Shown: in pieces, positions 37,811 to 50,519 of the stretch
Numbering within the stretch: position 1 is the stretch's first letter
Layout of the letters: each line of letters begins with the position of its first letter
Source of the DNA: the human T2T-CHM13v2.0 reference genome, Homo sapiens
Assembly (NCBI RefSeq): GCF_009914755.1
Contig: NC_060932.1
DNA: 64,000 bases
Strand: one strand, 5' to 3'
Program-made: the position numbers and the translations under genes
Notes under the pieces: model-generated
Databases searched by the model: none
Told to the model about the DNA's origin: nothing
Seen by the model: only the letters and a program-made list of their open reading frames with translations

Positions 37811-39075
37811 GGAGAGAGAGAGTGACATCAGCAAGACAGCTGACCGGAGACACCTGGCACTCATTTCTCCCACAAGAAAGGACCAAGACAATGAATAAAC
37901 AGCTAAGATGTAGGAAGAATGTCAAAGGGAAAGCACTGGTGTGCAGCACGGGAGTGGAGAGGCACCTGTGGTAATTGGAAGTTCAGGAGGGCAGGGTGGG
38001 TGTGCCAAGCCTCTGCAGTACCATCTCTCCCACCCAGGTTGGATCTGCCTGAAGTCAGGAAGGACTCTCCCTCGTGGGAAAAATGTGAGCAGAAGAACAA
38101 CCCCACCAGCTCCAATTGCCACTATGTACCTACAGTCCTTACTACAGGAGGATTCTACAGTCCTCACAGGCCATGTGCCCAGTTTGTAGAGCTACCAGGA
38201 ATTCATGCACTGGCATTCCAGGTTATGAGCACATTAGGTGAATTTCCCACCTGCCACTCACCTCTGAATGAGCCAAGCTGCTGCAGCACAGTGCCATCTT
38301 AAGACTGAAGCCACCTCAGGAGTGTGGCCTCCTCTGGGGCCAGTAGCCATTGCACCATTTCAGCACTGGGGCTCCATCTTCACACCACCAAGCCCACACA
38401 GGTGGCCGAATACCACAACCCCAGCTACACGGAGCCTGTGCCTAGGATCAGCTGTAACTCTGGTCCTGCAGATCAGGAAAACCAACCACTGCCACCTGCA
38501 CATCTATTAATAGCTAGAGGAACAGTCTGCCAGTCCTGCCCAGGGAGAATCTGCCCTTGAGCCAGCCAAACCATGGCCTGCTCTTCCCTGAGCGTGACAG
38601 GTCCCCAGGCCACAGAGTAGTTGACCTGCCCCCAACCAGTGGAGCAGTTATGAGCCCATGCCCAGGACCTAAGTAAAAATCCCCAGCATCCCCCCACAGC
38701 ACATTCCCAGCCCAGCCCAAAGGTCCCACACTCATAGTTAGGGAAGGACCTGGAGAAGAAGGCAACAGGGAGAGATGTGTTTAAGGATACAAAATTACAG
38801 CTAGATAGCAGGAATAAGTTCTAGTGTTCTATACCAGTGTAGAATGGAACAATAATACATAGTTAACAATAATATATGTTTCAAATAATAGCTAAAAGGA
38901 GAATATTGAATATTTCCTACATGAAGAAATGCTTCAGATGATGAATATTCTAATCACCCTGATGTGGTCACTATATATTATAAGTATTGAAACATCACTA
39001 TGTAACCCATACATAAGTATAATTATTATATGTCAATTTAAGAAGTAAAAACAAATTTTAAAAATGGGCAAATAA
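37811..39075 (+). mobile_element. L1MA-type element: 5'UTR (~37811-38750) joined to 3' end (~38750-39075)
   Basis: Starts GAGAGTGACATCAGCAAGA (L1M 5' end-like), with GC-rich UTR; then AAGGATACAAAATTACAGCTAGATAGCAGGAATAAGTTCTAGTGTTCTATA (L1MA 3'UTR) and an A-rich tail. Confidence 0.7.
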
Positions 39076-39518
39076 ATTCTGCCATGCCTATTGGGATAAT
39101 AACGCAGGCATACCTCATTTTACTGCACTTCACATTATTGTGCTTCCCAGATGTTACGAGTTTTCCAAATTAAAGGTTTGTAGTAAACCTGCATTGAGCA
39201 AATCTATTTGCACCATTTTTTCCAACTGCATGCACTTACTTTGTGTCTCTGTGTCACATTTTGGTAATTCTTGCTATATTTCAAACATTTTATTATATTA
39301 TGGGGAATCTGTAATCAGTGATCTTTAATGTTACTATTGTAATTTGAGAGGGAGGAGCATCACAAACCACACCCATGTAAGATGGCAAACTTAATCAATA
39401 AATGTTGTATGTTCTGACTACTCCAATAATCAGCCCTTCCTCCATCTACTTCCCTATCCTCAGGCCTCCCTATTCCCTGAGATACAACAATATTGAAATT
39501 GGGCCAATTAATAATGCT

Positions 39519-40900
39519 ACAATGGTCTGTAAGTATTCAAATGAAAGGAAGAGTCACGTGTCTCTCACTTTGAATCAAAGGCTATATATAATTGAGTTTA
39601 GTAAGGAAGGCATGTCAAAAGGTGAGACAGGCCAAAAGCTAGGCCTCTTGTACAAAATAGTTAGCCAAGTTGTAAGTGCAGAAAAAAAGTTCCTGAAGGA
39701 AACTAAAAGTGCTATTCTCATAAACATATAAATAAGAAAGTCAAACAACCATATTGCTGATATTGAGAAAGCTGTAGTGGTCTGGACAGAAAATTGACCC
39801 AGCCACAACCTTCCCTTTGGCCAAAGCCTAATCCAGAGAAAGGTCCTAACTCTCTTTAATTCTATGAAACATGAGAGAGATTAAAAAAAAAAAAAGCTGT
39901 GAAAGAAAAAAATTGAAGCTAGCAGAGGTTGGCTCATGAGGTTTTAAGAAGCTATCCCTGTAACATAAAAGTGCAAGGTGAAGCAAAAAGTGCTGATGAA
40001 GAAGCCGCAGCAAGTTATCCAAAAGACCTAGTTCAGATCACTGATGAAGGTGGCTACACTAAACAACAGATTTTTCAATAAAGACAAAACGGTATTTTAT
40101 TGGAAGTCGATATCATCAAGAACTTTCACAGATAGAGAGAAGTCAATGACTGGCTCCAAAGCTTCAAAGAGCAGCCTGACTCTCTTAATTTTTTTAATTT
40201 TTATTTTATTTTCATAGAGATGAAGGCTTGCTAAATTGCCAGGCTGGTCTCAAACTCTTCACCTCAGATCCTCCTACCTCGGCCTCCCAAATTGCTGGGA
40301 TTACAGGCATGAGCCACCACACCTGGCTTCTGGCTGTCTTGTTAGGGGCTAATGCAGCTAGTGACTTTAAGTTGAAGCCAATGCTTATTTACCATTCCAA
40401 AGAAATCCTAGGGCCCTTAAGAACTATGCTAAATCTGTTCTGCCTAGCTCTGTAAATGGAACAACAAAGCCTGGATAACAGCACATCTGTTTATAGCATG
40501 GTTTACTGAATATTTTAAACCCACTGCTGAGACCTAGTGCTCAGAAAATAACATTCCTTTCAGAATATTGCTGATTATTGACAATGCTCCTGGTCATCCA
40601 AGAGCTCTGATGGAGATATACAAGAAGATTAATGCTGCTTTCATGCCTGCTAACATCGTACCTATTCTACAGCTTATGGATCAAGAAGTAATTTTGACTT
40701 TCAAGCCTCATTATTTAAAAAATGCATTTTTAAGGCTATACGGCTGCCACAGATAATGATTTCTCTGATGAATCTGGGCAAAGTAAATTGAAAACCTTCT
40801 GCAAATGATTCACCATTCTAGATGCTATTCAGAATATGTGTTATTCGTGAGAGAAGGTTAAAATAGCAACATTAACAGGTGTTTGAAAGAAGTTGATTCC
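39519..40900 (+). pseudogene. Disrupted Tigger1 transposase (CENP-B-like HTH plus DDE domain)
   Basis: ERKSHVSLTLNQRL...EGMSKGETGQKLGLL (HTH), [20 protein letters not shown] and [10 protein letters not shown]...[14 protein letters not shown], separated by stops and frameshifts. Confidence 0.9.
40187..40328 (-). mobile_element. FLAM/Alu left monomer nested in Tigger1
   Basis: Single Alu arm with T-rich tail; degenerate TSD CTGACTCTCTT/CTGGCTGTCTT. Confidence 0.85.
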
Positions 40901-42419
40901 AAACCTCATGGATAAGTTTGAGGGGTTCAACACTTCTTTGGAAGAAGTAACTGCAAATGTGGCAGAAATACCAAAAGAACTAGAATTAGAAGATATGACT
41001 GAATTGCTGCAATCTCTTAGAACTTGAGGGATAAGGAGTTGCTTCTAATGGATGAGCAAAGAAAGTGGTGTTCTAAACTAAATCTACTACTGGTGACAAT
41101 GCTATAAATGTTGTTGAAATGATAACAAAGGATTTAGAATATTACATCAACTTAATTGAGAAAGCAGTGCAGGGCTTGAGAAAATTCACTCCAAGTTTTA
41201 AAGTTCTTCTGTGGGTAAAATACAATCAAACAGCATTATTACATGCCACAGAAAAAGGAGAGTCAATGGATGTGACAAACTTCATAGCTGTCTTAAGAAA
41301 TTTCCATGGCCACCACAACCGTCAGTAAACACCAACCTGATCAGTCAATAGCCATCAACATTGAGGAAACACCAGTGAAAAGACTGACTCACTGAAGGCT
41401 CGGACGATTCTTACCATTTTTTAGTAATAACTACAGCATTTTTAAATTAAGGTATGTACATTGTTAGACACAATGATATTGCACACTTTATGGACTACAA
41501 TATATTATAAACCTAACTTCCATATGCACTGGGAAGCCAAAAAAATTTTCTGACTCATTTTATTGTGATACTCATTTTACTGAGGTGGCCTGGAATTGAA
41601 CACGCGATATCTCTGGCGTATGCCTTTATATTCTGTGCCATCGTCAGAAGTATCCAAAAAATGAATAAATAAATGGAACAAAGGCATAAAGAAGGTACTT
41701 GAAAATTATAAAATACTACGTAAATTCAGATACATTTTCTCCTTGTCCCATTCTACCAACAGAATCAGCTGATTTTTCTCCAAAATGAAATTAGCTCAAT
41801 TTTTCTAATTATAAAATAATTCAAGAAGATTATGGGTTTAGACATATCAAAAAGTATATAAAGTGCAATATCAGTTTTACACACACACACACATAAACAT
41901 ACTTATATATACATACATAGCTGATACTATATCTTCACCATTTCATAATCTGTGATCTTTGAGGTACTGCATAATATAGGACAGACAAAGAACAACCTGG
42001 ATCACAAAATCTTAGGCAACTTTACTGATGCAAGATGCTTCCAAACATTATACAAACAAGGCTGTTGGCATTTTCCAACAGCTCAAAGGTTTAGGCTGAC
42101 ACACAGCACAAAATCTCTCTAGTTCCACATCACCATCACCAAAGTAACTAAGGACCCAGGAAAATCCGTACACCATTTAATAGTGAAGTAAATACAGAAT
42201 GATCAATGTCTACAACAGTGTCTAAATTTAGAGGACAAAGGAAAATACACAATGCAGATGACTTGACTCCTAGCTTAGGCAGAGGCACTGCAATTTTAAG
42301 ACATCTCCAAAAGATTTTCACCAAATACTGGATAATAATATATGTACTATTTAAAAATCCATGACTTTCTGTTAACAAATATCATGGGGGAATGTATATG
42401 TTAAAGAATCTATGTACGG

Positions 42420-42610
42420 ATTTGCCTCTTCAATTCATTTCATGTAAATGAAATCATACAATATGTGGTCTTTTGTGACTGGCTTCCTTCACTTAGCAGA
42501 GTGTTTTTAAAGTTCATTCATGTTGCAGCATGTATCAGAACTTCATTTCTAATTCTGAACAACATTCCACTGTATGAATATACCACATGTTATTCATCCA
42601 TTTGTCAGTT
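42420..42610 (-). mobile_element. L1MB-like fragment
   Basis: TGTGACTGGCTTCCTTCACTTAGCA...AAGTTCATTCATGTTGCAGCATGTATCAG. Confidence 0.8.
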
Positions 42611-42675
42611 TTAATCAGCCATGAATAGCAGTCTTGACTGGCTGCACCCTCACTGCTTCAGCTGATCCCCAATGA

Positions 42676-42997
<322 letters not shown>

Positions 42998-43444
42998 CAA
43001 ATGTTTAATTTCTATGGGCATCAATACAAATTATATACTTATAAAATTTTCTTTATACACATATGGTAATATTCTTAAACTTCTAGAATTGAAACCTCTG
43101 ATTTAAAGGGTATACACACACTTAAGCCTTCTTTGTATATATTGGAAAATCCCTTTCTACCTAACTGTTTCATAAAATGGATTTGTCATCAGTGGTCTGT
43201 CTTGTAATTCTATATAATAGAAATAGAGTGAAAACCTGTCCCTCCACTCATACCTTACCACCCCAATGATCACATGCTAAGAGAGACTTCCTATTCTGTT
43301 CCCTCAAACTTCTCTCTTAAAGCCAGCTTGTAGAGTTCACTATGCCAGTGAAGGAAGGGCCAATAAGGGAGACATTTCTACTTTCAGGATGTCAGACACA
43401 AGGAGCTGATAGAAGAAGAAAGGCCCCTGTTGTAAAAATGTAAC

Positions 43445-43662
43445 GAGGCATAGTGGAGTGCCCTGAACATTGACTTCATAGTTAGCCATGGGTTTGGTTT
43501 CGGCTCTGTCATTCACTGTCTGACTTTGGGTGAGCTGGTAAACGCCTATACCCTAGTTTTTTTCGATCTAAAAATGGAAACAATAATACCACCCAAGCAA
43601 GACCATTTTTGATAATAGAGATGGTGCACGTAAAATGCCTGACAGAAGGTAATGTTCAAAAA
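43445..43662 (+). mobile_element. MIR, diverged
   Basis: GGCTCTGTCATTCACTGTCTGACTTTGGG...TCTAAAAATGGAAACAATAATACC. Confidence 0.6.
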
Positions 43663-43704
43663 TACTCCTCAGAGCTCCCAGAACCCCGTGCCACATTCAC
43701 TTAC

Positions 43705-43762
43705 CTATAGATCACATTCACATTAAAGGTTTCATTGTTGTTACTAGCTTAACTTCTGAATT
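43705..43762 (-). ncRNA. Candidate internal exon (58 nt)
   Basis: Acceptor GTGTCATCTTTCAG|A (AG at 43764-43763) and donor ATAG|GTAAGT (43704-43699). Confidence 0.3.
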
Positions 43763-45499
43763 CTGAAAGATGACACTCAGGTGTTCTCCAGGAAGAACTA
43801 CAGGCAGCAAAGCCAGGCAGGCTTTTCTTCAGATGCGGCATGAATGAGAAGATTGTGGGGTCCTGTGGTCTTTCACGGATTCATTCCTGGAAGCCTGGAA
43901 TATGAGATACCTGGCCTGACCCAGCCCCAGAGTTGAGTGATGTAGAAAGAATGCACAAAACCACCCTCCAGGGAAGCACACGGGGAGCTAGCACCCCCAG
44001 CACAGCTGGAGTGTTGTGCATCCTCAGCCGGGGAGGACAGACACTCCTTCCCTTGAAACTCTCTGCTCCGCAGCTTTGCTGACTCCACTCTTTCCAGATA
44101 CCTTTCTACCTCTCTGACCATTTTCTAATCTTCTTCAAAGACACCTCTACTGCCTCAGTATTCCTCAGTGTCCTCTTTTCCAGTTTCCTCGCATACTCTT
44201 ATGGGAGTTCTAATCCCACTTTTGTCCCAATGGCCTCATTCAACACTGCATGTTGATAATTCACAGATCACAATTATCAATCCCTATCCTAGGAATCATC
44301 TAGCTGACTGCTGACTGCACTTCACAACTCAAACAAGCCTCACACTCCTTAAACTTACCCAGAGTTACAGAGCTGGCAGGTGAGAGCCAAAACTCAAACA
44401 CAGGTCAGCCTGGTTCCAAGAGCACAGCCCTTCTACAACCCACCTTACCTTCACTGTCTATCGTAGATTCAGTCACACTTTCTGATTTTGCTTGCAGAAC
44501 TACCTCCTCCTGCAAAGTTTTCTGTTTTTAGTTCGGTTCAATTCAATAAGTGTTTGTTAACCATCTCCCTATAAAATATAGATGCAAAGGGGAGCTAACA
44601 AGCTGTTTTCATGACCAGGACAAACATGGGCTTACATACAAGTGGCCCTCTGCCTCCACACCCAACAATTTACATCTTAAAAATCCAATCTCTGATTATC
44701 AAACAGTAAAACTGCAGGCTTTGGGGACTGCACTTCCTTCCTTAGAATGCTATTATAACATCCTTATATACTGTTCATCCAAGTATTTCTCTTCCCTCAG
44801 ACCAAGAAAGATAGGTAAATAAGTGAGATCACTAGGATAGTTCGGCTTCCAGCTGTGATGAATTAGTTTGTTGCAGACCAAAAAAACTAGAAACACTGGA
44901 TAATTAAAAAAAAAAAAAAAAACTTATTTGAAGGCATCAGAAAGCTGCCATGACAGGCAGGATACCAAGTGGCCAAGGTGCTACAGAGAAGAAAAGTGCG
45001 TGAGATGGACTCAACATTGACACGTGACTTGTTTCATGTGGGAATGTTTGCAGATTCTTGGCATGGATGGGGAGGGGAAACTGAGAAAGTGAACTCTAAG
45101 AAACAGCAGCTCTCAAAAGAGCTTTTGTCATCTCACAGGCTGGAGAGATTAAAATTTGAGGTTGGGACTGCCAAGGAAGTCAACACTGAAGCTTGAAAAT
45201 CCATAAAGAAAATTATTTCCTTTTAAGGGCTTTTGCAAAAATTTTTTTATTTTTTTTTTGTTTTTGTTTTTTACTTCAAAAGGTAAGCCCTAAAGGAAGC
45301 TGGAAATACAATGCACCACTAACCAGTGGTTCTCAACTTCATCAGACCCAGGAGGCTCCCTTTCTTTTATATTTTATTTTATTTTTAAATGACAAATAAT
45401 AATTGAGTATATTCATGGAGACAGAAGGCCAACAGCTAGAAAGCCAAGTGGAACACAGTTGAAAGTACTGACCAGAAGACTCAGGATTTTACTGATGTA

Positions 45500-46912
45500 A
45501 GTAAGTTATCTCCAAATTGATCTAAAGATTTAAAGCCGTTCCAAATCCCAGTAGGTTTTTCAGTGGAAATTGACAGCTGATTGTGCCATTTATATGGAAA
45601 TGCATGGAGCCAAGATAAACAAGAAAATCTTGAATAAAAACAAAGTTGAAGATTTTAGATTACAGCTTATCAAGCTTATAGTAATTAAGATGGTATGATA
45701 TTGGTACAAGGACAGAAAACTGACCAATGGAACAGAATAGGGAATCCAGAAATAGACCACACACAGATAGTCACTTAATGTAAGACGAAGGCAGAGCCAT
45801 AGGAACAAGGTGTTTTGTTTTGTAAATGATATTGAGACTATAGAATATCCCTGTTGGAAAAAAATAAGAAATCTTGACCCCTATCTCACACTGTAGACAA
45901 AAATCAATTCCAGATAAACTAGATCTAAATGTAAAAAAAAATTATAAAGCTTTTAGGTGACAATATAAACATGGCCTCTTCTCTTAAACAAGACACAAAA
46001 GCACTAATCACTAAGTAAACAATTGATAAATTGGACTTTTTCAAAATGTAAAACTTTTTTAAATTCCAAAGTCACCACTGGATAAAGTATTTGCAGTACA
46101 TATATCCAACAAAGAGCTCATATTCAAGATACTGAAAAAACTCCAAAATCAGTAAGAAAGACACACATAACCCATTGATTGTGATTTAAAGACTCAAACA
46201 AGCACTTCATAAAAAGGATCTCAAAATGATCAACAAACATGTGAAAAGATTCTCCACACCATTGGTCACACCGAAATACAAATTAAAAGCAAAATAAAGT
46301 ACCACTGTACACCTACCAGAATAGTTTTAAAAGGCTGACAAGGATGTAGAGCAACGAGACTCTCTTACACGGCTGTTGATGTGAGTTTAACAATCACTTT
46401 GGAAAACTGTTTGGGTGTACTTACAAAAGCAAACATGTACTCTAAGACCCAGAAATGCCATGCTTAGGTATAGATCCAAAAAACTAACACATATATGCAC
46501 CACAAGACATGAAATAGAATGTTCAAAACAACATTATTCACTATAGCCTGGTATTGGACAAAAATGTTCAACAGCAGCCAAATATATAAATTGTAACATA
46601 CTCATATAGCAGCAAATAATGCAGCAGTGAAATGGTGCCATTGCTACATGAAAAAACATGGATAAACCCCATAAACACAATATTAAACCAAAGAAGCTAA
46701 ACCCAAAATAGTAGATACTGTATAATTTCATTTATATAGAATAAAAAACAGGTGAAGATATTTGATAATGAATAAAAATAGTGGTTAATTTTTTGGTGAT
46801 AGTGATTTTGGTCACCCAGGTGTGTTCACTTTGTAAAAATTCATCAGGTTCTACACATATGATTAGTGCATTTTTTTGCTTGTATATTATGCTTCAACAA
46901 AAAGATTTAAAA
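45500..46912 (+). mobile_element. L1ME-like ORF2 3' part and 3'UTR
   Basis: GACCAATGGAACAGAATAGGGAATCCAGAAATAGACC, CTTGACCCCTATCTCACAC and CACTTTGGAAAACTGTTTGG are decayed ORF2 motifs. Confidence 0.85.
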
Positions 46913-48003
46913 ACAAGTGATATCCAAGACCACTGGATGAATTTTCAGGGCCCCACCCTTGCCAATACACAATGGTAGATTTCCTCTGTCATTGCAAAAC
47001 AAATCCTCATGATGGATTGGTGAGTCTCCACACCCACGCATAGCACCATACAGCCTTCCTTCACAGAAGAAGGACATAGTAAAGTCAATGTGGTGTGATG
47101 GGCAAGGAGTTTGGAGAGGAGCTTGGTCCAGGAGAACAGACTCTAGGACCTCAGTTGTCTAGAGATTCACTGGTGCCCTTTGTCACCTGGATTGAAGAGA
47201 AATGGGTTTAGAGAAATGGGGACCATTATTGTTTCTCTGTCTAATGTGGAAGAAGGGTATGCACCACCAACTGCCACGGAGTCAACAGAGACCTGATTCT
47301 CCATCACGTGGCCACTGGCAAGCAGCACATTGCAGCTCTCACCCCCTAAAGTCTCAAAATCATCATTAGGAGGTAGTGACTAAAAGGCCTAATTCAGTGC
47401 ATGGAAAACTATTTGGGGACATCAGAATGTAATATGAAAATTGTAAATTATTGAAAAATAAAAGAAAGAAAACATGGAAGTTGAGGATTTCCTGTAACTC
47501 AGAAACAAGACAGATCACAAGTGAGCACCACAGTACTTTTTATTGAGTAGCTCCCCTGAGCTCAGCTGCACTTGTGCTGCAGAGCTCTAAATTTCATGGA
47601 GGTTGTGGATGGCCTCTTTTATTTATCTGTGCAGTCTCCTTCTAGGCAAGGAATCTCAGGAGGGTCCTCTCTACTCTTTCCCCAAAGAGAAGGTGTATGC
47701 AACTGTGTTCTCCTCTTGCCCCATAATGAGAAGAAGGAACTCCATTCCTTGCCAATAAGGGAGCTGGGGAAGGAGAGTGGGACCCCCATTCCTCATTACT
47801 ATTATTAAGTTCTGCTTATTCCAAGTGCATGAAAGCAAACATATCCATACTCAACTCTGACAAAGTACTAAGGGGTTACAAACGCAAATACTGTTGATGG
47901 GATCAATTCAAGAGTCAGAGGATAGAAAACAAGGTAACATGAATCTAGTCAACCAGACAATGGTAGAGAGGTGAGTGGACCTGCCAAAATCACAAAAGTT
48001 CCC

Positions 48004-48367
48004 TGTTATGGTCCGTTTGTATCACCCCACCAAAAAAATTATATGTTGAAACCTCATCACCAATGTGATGGTATTAGAGGTGGGGCCACTGGGAGGTGAT
48101 TAGCTGATGAGAGTTAATCACACAATTAATATAACTAGTGTCCTTATATAAGAGGCCCCAGAGATCTGCTTTGCCCCCTTCATCATGTGAGGACACAGTG
48201 AGAAGACACCATCCATGAACCAGGAAGCAGGACCTCACCAGACACTGAATCTGCCAGCAACTTTATCTTGGACTTCCCAGTCTCCAGAACTGTGAGAAAG
48301 AATTTTGTTATTTATAAACTACCCAGTCTATGATATTTTATTATAGGAGTCCAAACAGACTAAGACA
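48004..48367 (+). mobile_element. MLT1A0-like solo LTR
   Basis: TGTTATGG...GACTAAGACA; TSD TTCCC/CTCCC. Confidence 0.88.
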
Positions 48368-49676
48368 CTCCCACAGAACAAGTCACCTCCATCTCCCCAT
48401 TCAGATGAAGACACTAACACGGACACCCACCACAAATGACCCAGGTGGGGCTCCATGTCAGTGGGTCTACCCCAGCGCCCATGCTCTTAACCCTGCAATC
48501 CACAGTGTTATTTCCAGGACTGAGTTGTTCTTCAGGAAGGCTTTGTAGAAGTGCCAGGACTTGAGTCAGCTGCATAAGCCTTTCACAGCCTGTGTTCCAC
48601 ACTGGACTTTTCTGACTGCTGCACAAAAAAGGAAGTGGATGATTCTCTTCACAGTGGGACTGCTGGCTCTCTCCTTCCAACCCATTAAGCATGGTGAGGA
48701 GCCGTGTAACTTTGCACATGCTGTGCTGTTCTGTATAAATAGGGACCATCCATCAGAAATATCACAGACAGGAAGTCAATGAGGTTTCCACAACCAATTT
48801 ACAATCAGAATCTCCTGTGAAATACACACAGAAAATGCCTTAACAGACAGAGAGGATGTGAAATACACATTATGTATGGCTAATGAAGCCATGTTAAATT
48901 TGAGGGACCCAGCACAAGGAAGAAAATGTGGAAAATGTACAAAAGTGAAGGAACAAACAGTGAAGAGTAGGTGGGGTCTCTATTCATATTTAGAAATGAA
49001 AAACAACAGCAAAAAAAAAAGGCAAATAGAAACAATGTTCTTTTTTTTTTTTTTTTTTTTTTTTTGCCATTCTGCAAACTCAGCAAACCAGGGGCACTCT
49101 TGCAAATAAATGTTCTTGATGCCGAATTTATTACTGCTAAGCTAAAAAAGTATAAAAGATTGAAGATTTCTATTTAGGCAGGAAATAAATTTAACCAAGA
49201 AGATGGCAAAGCAGGTTTTTAGAGGCTGGGCTGCCAAGTTGCCTCAACCTTTTCCTGGAAGATTCACTTCCAAACGTAAAATTTTGACTGGAGTTCAGAC
49301 ACACAGTTTCATTTTTAGAAGCTTCAAAACTATCCTTCCAGGCTAAGGAAGAGCTTTTTGCATCATCCCCCTCATAGGCATCCTGATCACACAGGTCCAA
49401 GTCATGACCCTCCATAAGGTAGAGATTCAATACAGTTCAATTACTTTAATGAATGACTAGCAGTGTCTTTCTTTCCACATATATTGATGCAAAGAAAAGA
49501 GATGTTCGAATGCTAACAAGATCCTTATCAACATCATCATCATCGTCATCCCAGTGAATATTTAATGACAGCTGGTTTTAATGCTAGAATCTCAAGATTA
49601 TCACAAGAATTGATTTCATACAGGGTGAGTACTATTGCATGCCCACTTTACAGATGGATAAAATCTAGGCATAGAG

Positions 49677-50015
49677 CCAGGGTCCCCAACCCCAGGGCTG
49701 CAAACCGGGTACTCTTCCATGGCCTGTTAGGAACTGGGCTTCACAGCAGAAGGTAAGCTGCGATTGAGCATTGCTGCCTGAGCTCTGCCTCCTGTCAGAT
49801 CACCGGCAGCATTAGATTCTCAAAGAAGTGTGAACCCTATTGTGAACTGCCCATGCAAAGGATCTAGGTTGCACACTCCTTACGAGATTCTAATGCCTGA
49901 TGATCTGATGTGGAACAGTTTCATCCCGAAACCATACCCCAACCCCTCCATGGTCCATGGAAAAATTGTCTTCCACGAAACCAGTCCCTGGTGCTAAAAA
50001 GGTTGGAGACCACTG
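49677..50015 (+). mobile_element. MER1B inserted in a MIR
   Basis: 339 bp; TIRs CCAGGGTCCCCAACC / GGTTGGAGACCACTG; 8-bp TSD GCATAGAG/GCTTAGAG; MIR core CCCACTTTACAGATG continues across it. Confidence 0.92.
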
Positions 50016-50277
50016 GCTTAGAGAGATTATCAGTAAAGTGATAGACTCAGGATTCCAGCACCTACTTTCTAATGCTAGACGACCAAGAACTGTGGTCAAT
50101 GGACCTTCTGCCATTAATCAAGGGCATTTATAAACCCCTTACATGGGTTATTTGTCCATTTTCTTCTCAAGTGTCTCTGAAACAGAAAAATCTCTCCTTC
50201 TTAGCCTATTCTTGCAATCAATGTCCCTCCCAGTGAAGAATGAGTCAATCAAATAAACTTTTTCCACATGTAGAACA

Positions 50278-50510
50278 CTGATAATAATAGCTAACTTTAC
50301 TGGGTGCATGCCAGGCATGGTGCTAATCATTTTATGTGGGTTATCTCACTCATTTAGCACACTGGCCCTGTGAAGAACCTGCCATTATTAACCAACATTT
50401 TACAAATGAGGAAACAAATTTTGCATACTCCCAAAGTACCCACATTCCATACATGGCAGAGCTGGAATTACTCACTCCCTTGGCAATCTCATCCAGAGTT
50501 TTAAACACCA
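50278..50510 (-). mobile_element. MIR
   Basis: AATAATAGCTAAC...GCCAGGCATGGTGCTAA...CATTTTACAAATGAGGAAAC. Confidence 0.8.
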
Positions 50511-50519
50511 TCTACAGGC

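Larger units (their letters stand above)
39105..41626 (+). mobile_element. Near full-length Tigger1 (TcMar-Tigger/pogo DNA transposon)
   Basis: TIRs CAGGCATACCTC / GGCGTATGCCTT followed by TA; ~2.4 kb after removing the nested Alu monomer; transposase remnants. Confidence 0.95.

Noticed and set aside
37820-38765. GC-rich block with many overlapping ORFs, suggesting a gene or CpG island
   Set aside because: CpG-depleted and L1M 5'UTR-like; ORF density follows from GC content.
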